A DNA stretch of 17,315 bases, from assembly GCA_963727445.1 (NCBI GenBank), contig CAVSGI010000013.1, forward strand, positions 1-17,315, read 5' to 3'. Numbering within the stretch: the stretch's first letter is position 1; each line of letters opens with the position of its first letter. The notes under the pieces are model-generated. The model worked only from the letters and a program-made list of their open reading frames with translations, was not told where the DNA came from and did no database searches. Source of the DNA: an uncultured delta proteobacterium. GTDB taxonomy: Bacteria; Myxococcota_A; Polyangia; Polyangiales; B10-G4. The position numbers were made by a program, and so were the translations under genes. Positions 7,974 through 15,700 of the stretch are shown here, piece after piece.

Positions 7974-8628
7974 GGATCTCCATGTTGTAGAACAGCCACG
8001 TCAGCTCCTCTCGCCGCTTCACGCCGACGCGCTCGCGCAGCTGACTGAAGTGGAAGTTCTTCGTGGAGAGCTTCACGCCGAAGACGTGCTCCATGTCCGC
8101 GTAGGGGATCTCGCGGTCGAGGAGATCGATGTACTCGAGCTCTGTCGGGGTCAGGCCGTACCGTTGCCCGAACAGCTCGACCCTGGTTCGCCGCCTGATC
8201 GGGTCCTTGGCGCCTAGCACCGAGGCGTATCGGACGGCACGCCAGGTCGCGTCGACTCCGGTCTCGTGGGAGATGCATCTCGCGCGCAGGCGCAGGGCTT
8301 GCCGCCGAGTCTCGCGATCATCCTCGTGAACCACGGCCGCGCTGATCAGGTGCCGATTTAGCCGCCGGAGCGCGGCGAGTGGCTCCAAGCACGATTCGGG
8401 CGAGCCATTTTGTCGAACCACGAGACCACGAACGTCTTCGGGCGACTCGTGGAGGATTCTGGTGGCCTCCGCCGCTTTTGCGCGACGCAATCGCAGACGG
8501 TTATCCGAAAGGTCGTCGCATTCTTCGCCGAACCCATCCCCCACCAGAAGGAGGAGATGGCGCGCGACGGCACGGTGGGTCCCAGATCCGCCCTCGGGCG
8601 GGTCCGCCTCATCAATAACTCCCGACAC
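7966..8628 (-). CDS. LuxR/GerE-family transcriptional regulator (C-terminal HTH; N-terminal ~150 aa of unknown type)
   Basis: C-terminal LTPTELEYIDLLDREIPYADMEHVFGVKLSTKNFHFSQLRERVGVKRREEL matches the LuxR-type HTH (LTxRExEVL..L..G.S...IA..L.IS..TVK.H...I..KLGV..R.EL). It is the first gene of the minus-strand cluster, preceded by a ~640-bp intergenic region rich in palindromes. Confidence 0.8.
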   Translation of the reverse strand: MSGVIDEADPPEGGSGTHRAVARHLLLLVGDGFGEECDDLSDNRLRLRRAKAAEATRILHESPEDVRGLVVRQNGSPESCLEPLAALRRLNRHLISAAVVHEDDRETRRQALRLRARCISHETGVDATWRAVRYASVLGAKDPIRRRTRVELFGQRYGLTPTELEYIDLLDREIPYADMEHVFGVKLSTKNFHFSQLRERVGVKRREELTWLFYNMEIHD

Positions 8629-8739
8629 TGCCCTTCCCCTTCACTCAGAGACCCGAGGGCCTCTCCCCTTCAAACCAAGCAATCGTGTCGAGCCATGGAG
8701 AGTGCCAGAAATCGAACGGAGTGGATCACGGGCCACGAA

Positions 8740-8761
8740 GATTGGGCCACGTGGCCCAATC
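8740..8761. promoter_or_regulatory. 22-bp perfect palindrome GATTGGGCCACGTGGCCCAATC (candidate operator) about 110 bp upstream of the LuxR gene start
   Basis: The sequence equals its own reverse complement, centred on CACGTG. An extra GGGCCACG half-site copy lies 15 bp to the left (8729-8736). Located in the promoter region of the minus-strand operon. Confidence 0.5.
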
Positions 8762-8842
8762 TCACACGCGCTTCGGGAATTTGCTTGACGCCGCGTTTTC
8801 GCAGCGCGGAGTCACTCTCCCTCCGCAACGCGAAGCGTGCGT

Positions 8843-8861
8843 GTCACCCCGTGAGGGTGAC
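8843..8861. other. hairpin / inverted repeat GTCACCC-cgtga-GGGTGAC
   Basis: Perfect 7-bp stem with a 5-nt loop in the intergenic region. It shares the GTCAC/GTGAC core with the downstream 51-bp tandem repeats. Confidence 0.4.
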
Positions 8862-9078
8862 GCACCACCGCAGGAGATCGGCGACGCAGGAGATCCGAAC
8901 CAGGTTGGCGACCTCGCCTCCAGCGCGCGACGGATCCCGAAACGATCTCTGGGCGATGAGTCGCGCTCGCTGCGATGCCCATCCCGGCAAGCTGTACTTC
9001 GTCACGCGACGATGCAGGCGGCGGCACTTCGTGCTCGCGCCTGACCTGGCGGGCATCGTGGCACCTCCCCCAAGCCGT

Positions 9079-9230
9079 CCGGTCACATCGCCCGACGTCA
9101 CGCCCAACCCTGCCAGTTGTGACCGCTATCCGGTCACATCGCCGACGTCACGCCCAACCCTGCCAGTTGTGACCGCTATCCGGTCACATCGGCCGACGTC
9201 ACGCCCAACGCTCCGAGTTGTGACCGACTC
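9079..9230. repeat. three tandem direct repeats of about 51 bp, each containing an 8-bp inverted repeat CGGTCACA...(30 bp)...TGTGACCG
   Basis: Units at 9079-9129, 9130-9179 and 9180-9230. Units 1 and 2 are near-identical (1-nt indel); unit 3 has several substitutions. No unique spacers lie between units. They sit between the tRNA-Leu 3' end and the LuxR promoter region. Confidence 0.8.
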
Positions 9231-9288
9231 GACCCGATGAGGTCAGCCGCCCCAAAACCAAAGCGCCCCGGCTCATCGCCAGGGCGTC

Positions 9289-9374
<86 letters not shown>

Positions 9375-9625
9375 GTGGGGAGCGCTCAGATAGGCCGTGC
9401 TCGGGCTGCTGTCAATGTCTGCATGCGTTGGCGTGGGGAGTGCTGGGCTGCGGGGGGCGGGCTTGGCTCTCGGTGTGATTCCGCGGGGTTGGTCCGGGAG
9501 GGGGGGCCGAAAAAAATGCATAGTCCTGCAGGGGATGCGGACCGGGCCTCGTGGGAAAGGGGGAGTTCTCTTCTGATTTCGAGGGATTGAGTGCGGTATG
9601 CGCATTGCACCGACCGGCCCTCGAT

Positions 9626-10306
9626 ATGGTCCGTCCTGTAGAGAAGCGTGCGCTTGGCTTGTGGGGGGCTGCTCGCCCCCCTCACGGCCCCCCCGACCCC
9701 AAGCGGGCCGGCTTCACGCTCACCGAAATGATGATGGTGGTGACCATCATCGCCATCACGGCAGGGTTGGCGGCGCCCGCGATGTACAACGCCTTCGCCG
9801 AACGGCGCACCGCGACCGCACCCATCGACTTCATCCGGATGGTGCGGCGGGGTCGCTCCGAGGCCATGGCCTACGGTCGCGCCCACCTCATCCGCTTCTC
9901 CTCCAGCTCGCCCGGGAGCTTCATGCTCTACCGCGGGGTGAGCTCGAGCTGCGTCGGCAACGACTGGACGGCGATCATCCCGACGAGCTCCACCAACCCC
10001 TGCGGCGAGCCCGGCAGCGACAACCAGATGTGCATCGAAGAGATGCGCCTCGGCGGCTCGTACTACACCACCGGCTCCCTCTCGGTGCACGCGACCGAGT
10101 CGAGCGCGGCCAGCGACGTCGACCTCTGCTTCGAGCCCGACGGCCGGACCCTCTTTCGCAAGTCCACGAGCGCCACGCTCACCTCGGACAACACCATCAA
10201 CGGCGGCCTGATCTTCAACTTCCGCCGTTACGACAGCGGCGCGCCCATCGGCGTCGTCCGCCAGGTCGTCGTCCCCCTGGGCGGCGACGCGAGGTTGATG
10301 CGATGA
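9626..10306 (+). CDS. type IV pilus minor pilin / pseudopilin, FimU/FimT/GspH-like (prepilin-type N-terminal methylation domain)
   Basis: The prepilin motif KRAG|FTLTEMMMVVTIIAITAGLAAP has Gly at -1, Phe at +1, Glu at +5 and a hydrophobic helix. It is the first gene of the minor-pilin operon. The exact start is ambiguous: ATG 9551 and ATG 9626 give unusually long leaders, and TTG 9659 is also possible. The stop overlaps the next gene start as ATGA. Confidence 0.65.
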   Translation: MVRPVEKRALGLWGAARPPHGPPDPKRAGFTLTEMMMVVTIIAITAGLAAPAMYNAFAERRTATAPIDFIRMVRRGRSEAMAYGRAHLIRFSSSSPGSFMLYRGVSSSCVGNDWTAIIPTSSTNPCGEPGSDNQMCIEEMRLGGSYYTTGSLSVHATESSAASDVDLCFEPDGRTLFRKSTSATLTSDNTINGGLIFNFRRYDSGAPIGVVRQVVVPLGGDARLMR

Positions 10307-10881
10307 CGCGCCGCCGCCGCACGCAGGAACAGGGCTACACCCTCATCGAGGTCATGATGGCGGTCGCGATCATGACCGTCGGCTCGGTGGGCATCTTCTC
10401 GCTCCACACGGCCACCACCAACGGCAACCGCCTCGCGCGCGAGACCTCGACGGCGGTGGACCTCTCTCGCCTCTACCTCGAGCGCGCCCGGCGCGACGCC
10501 CTGATGTGGAACGCGTCGGGCAACGTCACCTCCACCGAGCTCCTCACGAACGTCGCCGTCTCGGGCCTGGGCGACTGGTTCATCCCCAGCCCCACCATCG
10601 GCTCCTACGCCTTCGACTACCAGGGCAGAGACACCAGCACCACCTCCGAGATGTACTACTGCGCCAACATCCGCGTCAGCTGGATCATCGGGCAGGACGC
10701 GGCGCGCGTGGACAGCCGCGTGTGGTGGCGACGCTCGGGCGCTTCGAACCCGCCGCCCTCGTCCTGGGACTGCGACACCGACCCGGCGACCATCACCTCC
10801 GAGCTGGCAGACACCAACCCCGCTCCCCGCATTCACGCGGTCTATGCGTCCACCGTCGTTCGTTGGACGAGGTTGAACTGA
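10303..10881 (+). CDS. PilV-like type IV pilus minor pilin (192 aa)
   Basis: MTRRRRTQEQG|YTLIEVMMAVAIMTVGSVGIFSL is a prepilin leader plus an N-terminal helix with Glu at +5, typical of PilV. The ATG at 10303 overlaps the upstream stop. Its own stop (10879-10881) overlaps the next ATG (10881). Confidence 0.75.
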   Translation: MTRRRRTQEQGYTLIEVMMAVAIMTVGSVGIFSLHTATTNGNRLARETSTAVDLSRLYLERARRDALMWNASGNVTSTELLTNVAVSGLGDWFIPSPTIGSYAFDYQGRDTSTTSEMYYCANIRVSWIIGQDAARVDSRVWWRRSGASNPPPSSWDCDTDPATITSELADTNPAPRIHAVYASTVVRWTRLN

Positions 10882-12093
10882 TGACCCGACGCGAGCACAT
10901 CCGCCGCCGGCGGCACGCAAAGAACGCCGGCTTCACCCTGGTCGAGCTGATGGTGGCGCTCGCCGCCGGCGCCATGGCCATCTCCAGCATCTACTTCGTG
11001 AGCGCCTCCTCCAGCCGGCACTTCCACGAGCAGCAGCGCATCGCGCAGAACCAGATGACCCTGCGCACCGCGATGGCCCAGCTCCGCCGCGACTTCTGCG
11101 CGCGCCGGCTACCTGGGCACGCCCAACACGGCCAAGGAAGACGCCTGCGGAACGACGCCGTCCACCTTCAACTTCGGCGCGATCCTGATCGACGACAGCG
11201 CCACCACCTGCGCGCCCAGCGTCACCTGTGGCACGTCGGTCCTGGACGAGCAGACCATCAACGGCGTCCAGGCAGACACGGTCCAGCTCACCGGCAACTT
11301 CGTGACCGGCGACGCCTACAAGGCCAGCGGCACTCAGAGCACCACCCAGCTCATGTTCTCCAAGACCTGGCAGATGTTTCGCCGGTCCTTCGGCGCCGAC
11401 GACCTCGGCGAGTACGACACGGCGCTCTTCGAGTCGGCCTTCGCGCCGGGCCGCTACGTGCAGATCAGCCACGACGCCCGGGGCTACAAGTTCTACGCCG
11501 AGATCGAGTCGGTCGACGGTGGCTCGTCCACCCCGCCCACCGTCACCATCAGCCGCCCCCTCCCCGGCTGCTTCGGCCGCTGTGAAGGATTCGGCTGCAC
11601 CGTCTCCCCCATCAGCCGCATCGAATACGCCGTGCTCGACATGGAGACCGCCGGCAGCCTCAGCGCCCTCGACGTCGGCTCGAGCTCCCCCCTCGCGGGC
11701 GTGCGCGGACCGGTCCTCGTTCGCCGCGAGCTCGACTTCGCCTCCTCCCCGACGCCGGTCGCCAACAGCGAACGCGTGGTCGCCGAGTACGTCGCGAACT
11801 TCGACGTCGACGTCATCAGCAACACCAACGTCTCCTCGGGCACCCCGACCCTGGCGCTGCAAGACGACGCGAGCGCCGCGAGCCTGACCTCGTCCAACCC
11901 CCATCGCGTGCGGAGCGCCGTCATCAGCCTCTCCATCCGCACCCCCGCCGAGGATCCGCGCTTCCCCTTCGTCTCCGGCTCCGGCCTCACCCGCTACGAG
12001 CTCGACCCCGACATCGAAGGCGCCGCCCGCGTCCGCACCAGCACCATCGAGGTGCTCCTCTCCAACGTCGCCGCGAGGGACATCCGCCCATGA
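10881..12093 (+). CDS. PilW-like large minor pilin, reading frame interrupted (frame 0 to frame +1 switch at about 11098-11105)
   Basis: The N-terminus MTRREHIRRRRHAKNAG|FTLVELMVALAAGAMAISSIYFV is a prepilin-type motif in frame 0, readable to ...AMAQLRRDFC near 11097. After that, frame 0 becomes Arg-rich nonsense. Frame 1 is open from 11059 and reads a protein-like ARAGYLGTPNTAKEDACGTT... through to the stop at 12093, joining ORF 11302-12093. The switch maps to a GCGCGCGC tract. A repaired product would be about 403 aa. Confidence 0.65.
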
Positions 12094-12776
12094 AGAAGAC
12101 CAGCCGAAGGAAGCTGCGCAGCAAGTGGCGCAGGCAGAGCGACCGCGAGGGCGCGGCGATGCTCATCGTGATGCTGCTGCTCCTCACCACCACCTCACTC
12201 GCGGTGTTCGCCGTGCAGGCGACCAGCTACGAGGTTCGCGCTTCGGGCTTCGCCCGCCAGTCGATGCAGTCCGAATACGTCGCGGAGGCGGGGCTCACCT
12301 CGGTCCTCACCGTCGTCGACAAGCTCGGGCCCCAGGCCATCCTCTACGCCATTCAGCAGCAGCAGGCGAACCCCACCACCTACCCGCCCCCGGTGATGTC
12401 GCCCTTCGAGCCGGAGCTCGCGACCAGCGCCACCAGCACCCGACCTGCCGAGGCCTATCGCATGCAGAGCGAGGACCTCTCGAGCTTCACCACCACCGGC
12501 ACCGAGCCGGTGGACCGCGCCGCCATCGGCGCGCGCCAGACCTACGAGCCTTCCTTCGCCGTCGACATCTACGACCACCACATCACGTCGCGTCCGATCC
12601 CTGGCTACCCGGTGGGCAGCGGCGGCTTGTCTTTCTTCCACGCCATCTACACGTCTCGCGGCCGCATGCGGCTCGACGGTGGTGACACCGCCGTGAGCGG
12701 CCCGGACCCCCGCCAGTACCACGAGACCGCCAGCGCCGCGCGCGCGTACGGCGTCTCAGGACCGTTCGCACGATGA
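12090..12776 (+). CDS. PilX-like type IV pilus minor pilin (PilX N-terminal domain)
   Basis: MKKTSRRKLRSKWRRQSDREGAAMLIVMLLLLTTTSLAVFAVQATSYE resembles the PilX_N pattern (basic leader, ..G(A/S)xLIVxLLLL..hydrophobic..). Position 4 in a fimU-pilVWX-pilY1 order. The ATG at 12090 overlaps the upstream TGA. Confidence 0.7.
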   Translation: MKKTSRRKLRSKWRRQSDREGAAMLIVMLLLLTTTSLAVFAVQATSYEVRASGFARQSMQSEYVAEAGLTSVLTVVDKLGPQAILYAIQQQQANPTTYPPPVMSPFEPELATSATSTRPAEAYRMQSEDLSSFTTTGTEPVDRAAIGARQTYEPSFAVDIYDHHITSRPIPGYPVGSGGLSFFHAIYTSRGRMRLDGGDTAVSGPDPRQYHETASAARAYGVSGPFAR

Positions 12777-15700
12777 AGCAGCGCCCCAGAATCCGAAGGA
12801 GTCTCGAGATGGATCGCTTGCGTCGCCTCATGCTCGCCGCAGCAGGCCTGGCCCTCGGGCTGGCTCTCGCTGCCGGCACGGCAAGCTCGGCAGAAGCACA
12901 ATCGGCGCCGGACCTCAGGAACATTCGTCCGATGGTCACGCTCCTCATCGACACCTCGGGATCGATGGAGCGCACGGCTGGCTGCACCTGCGTGACGGCG
13001 TCGTGCCGCGAGTGTCTGCCGGACTGCAGCGTGCCCGACTACAACAAGTGGTCGGTCCTCCTCGAGGCCTTCACCGGCACCTTCGACACCTTCTCCTGCA
13101 CCGAGGTCGCGCGCAGCACCTACGCCGGCGACTACGACGCGGGCTACTTCATCCCCCACTACGAGCCGCCCGTCGGCATCTCCACCCAGCAGTCCAACGG
13201 CATCATGGACGTCTACGTGGACCGCATCCGCTTCGCCCTGATGACCTTCGACGGCGTGAGCACCCTGACCACCCAGAACACCCTCGTCCCCGACTCCGCC
13301 TGGACCGTGGCCTTCGAGAACAACAGCGCCGGCGTGCTCGGGATGTACTCCTACGGTGGGTCGAAGCTCTTCAATTTCCTCGGGTGTGCGACCGACTACC
13401 GCCTCGACAACGGCGCCCGTAACGACTCCGACGACGGGAGCGGCAACTACGTCCCCGGCAATCTCATCTCGATGGGGAACAGCAGCGACGACCACACCGT
13501 CGTCAATGCCGCCATCCAGAACGCACTGCTCGGAACCCGCCCCTTCGGCCCCACTCCGATCGCGGGGATGCTCTCCGACTACGAGTACTTCCTCGCCAAC
13601 GACCCGGACCTCCAGCTGCCGACGACGGTCGGCGGCGCTGGCGACGCGTACGCCAACTGCCGCCCCCGCTTCGCCATCCTGGTGACCGACGGCTATCCGA
13701 ACGCCGACATGCGGGGCCTGCCGTACCAGTGCGATGCGTCGGGTTACACCTGCCCCTACGACCTGCCCCAGGACACGGCGGCTCGCCTCTGCGACTACGA
13801 CTCCCTCGACGGCGCGTGCACGGGTGACGTCGACGGCGTCTTCGTCGTCGGTTTCAACGTCTCGGACAGCACCGCCGTGACCACCCTCGACGGCATCGCG
13901 GCCGCGGGCGGGACCACGGAGGCCTACTACGCCACCGACCGCGACACGCTGGTCGCGGCCCTCTCGACCGCCCTCGACTCCGCGGCGCCCGGCGCCACCA
14001 GCCGTACGGTGCCCGCCTTCGTGTCGAGCGCTTCGGTGACGAGCAGCTCGGCGAAATACCAGTTCAACGCCGGCTTCAAGGTCGGCGGCATCAGCGGCAC
14101 CGATCCGTGGGCCGGCGTCATCGAGCGCAAGCGCTACCAGTGCTGCGCCGACTCCGTCTGCTCCGGGCCGGGCACCCTGGTCGTCGAGCAGGCCGTCTCC
14201 TCCGCCGACAACGACACCTTCCACGAGGTGCTCACCGCGCGCACCACCGATCGAAACCTCTACACCGTCCTGCCCACCACCAACGGCAACGAGACCGGGT
14301 GGCTGACCAACACCGCGGACGCCGACATCCCCAGCACGCGCGTCCCGGGCACCAGCGTCACCGCAGTCACCAACGGCCAGACCGGCGGCTCGCCCGACGA
14401 GGAGAACCTCGACGTCACCATCCTCGAGACCAGCACCGGCGGCGGCAGCGTCACCTACACCAACCTAGCGGCCGCCGACCTCGCGGAGGCCGACGCAGTC
14501 CTCGACTGGGTCTACGCCCGTGGCAGCGCGGCGTCGGGTCGACTCGCCAACCGACTTGGCGACATCTACCACTCCTCCCCCCTCGTGGTGAGCGCACCGC
14601 GCATCGACCGCACCGACGAGGCCTTCAACCTCTTCCGCCGCCAGGGCGACGTGGTGGCTCGGCCGACGGTCCTCTACGTGGGCACCAACGACGGCATCCT
14701 CCACGCGTTCGCGGTCGAAGAGCACGACGTCAACACCGTCTGTGGCCAGATCCGCGAGAAGTCGACCGCCTGTACCCACACGGCCTACAACTCCACCAAC
14801 CCCATCACGGCAGGCGAAGAGCTGTGGGGCTTCGTACCGCCGCTGCTCGTGCCCAAGTTGAAGGACGCGAGCGTCTCTCACCAGTGGATGGTGGACGGCT
14901 CGCCCGTCGTGAAGGACATGTACTACGCGCGCGTCCTCGGTGACGCGCCCCTGGCCAGCGAGTACCACACGGTGCTGGTGGCGGGCCTGCGCAACGGCGG
15001 CTCCGGGGTCTACGCTCTCGACGTGACCGACCCCATCACCGAGGCCTCCGGTTCGACCGCCGGCAGCCACGTCTTTCAGCCGCCCAAGTTCCTGTGGCAG
15101 TTCAGCGACTCCGACATGGGGGAGACCTACGGCACCCCGGCGCTGGCCGAGGTCCTGGTGAACGAGTCGGGCACCCTGGTCGCGCGCGCGGTCGCGATCA
15201 TCCCTGGCGGCAAGGGTTCCGCCACCGGCGACCCCTCCGCCTCGCTGAGCACCAACCAGCTCTCGGTCAGCGACGTCACCGGCGCCCGCACCGAGCGCAG
15301 CGAGTACGACACCGTCGGCCGCTCCCTCTATGTCGTCGACGTCGCGACCGGCCGCCTGCTTCGAAAGTTCGACAGCACCATCCTCACCGCGCCCATGACC
15401 GGCGCGGTCGCTGCGTACCCGGGGGACGTGGGCCAGGTCGCAGACCGCGCCTTCATGACGGACGCGGACGGCGTGATCTGGCGCCTCGACATGTCGGACC
15501 CCGATCCGGCCAACTGGAGCGTCATCGCCTTCCACGACATCTTCCACGACCAGGCCAACGTCTTCAGTCAGCCCGCCTACAACGCGCCGATCCTCTCCGT
15601 CGACGATCAGGGCGACCTGGTGGTGCTCCAGGCGACGGGTGACATCGACATCCTCGATGGCACCGACTTCAACCGCGTCGTCTCCCTCACCGAGAACCTG

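Noticed and set aside
9079-9230. Possible CRISPR array
   Set aside because: The repeat units are directly adjacent with no unique spacers, there are only three copies, and no cas genes are in the window.
8410-9240. ORF of 276 aa on the plus strand spanning the LuxR gene 5' end and the intergenic repeats (the repeats translate as VTSPDVTPNPASCDRYP x3)
   Set aside because: It overlaps the LuxR coding region in antisense and then runs through non-coding palindromes and repeats. The apparent peptide repeats are a consequence of the DNA tandem repeat, not evidence of coding.
9420-9500. G-rich tracts (GGGG, GGGGGG, GGGGGGG) that could form a G-quadruplex near the tRNA 5' side, and a search for a sigma-54 (TGGCAC-N5-TTGC) promoter upstream of the pilin operon
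   Set aside because: G-runs are expected at this GC content and are not specific. I could find no convincing -24/-12 match by eye (the TTGCAC at 9605 lacks a properly spaced GG), so no promoter is annotated.
9551-9625. Upstream ATG (9551) as start of the FimU-like gene
   Set aside because: It would give a leader of more than 50 residues before the G|FTL cleavage site. A later start (9626 or TTG 9659) is more compatible with prepilin leaders, though the true start remains uncertain.
10506-11585. Frame-0 ORF continuing past the PilW N-terminus (359 aa)
   Set aside because: After about 11100 its translation becomes an Arg/His/Pro-rich string, while frame +1 carries the protein-like continuation. 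It is interpreted as a frameshifted single pilW gene, not a distinct long gene.
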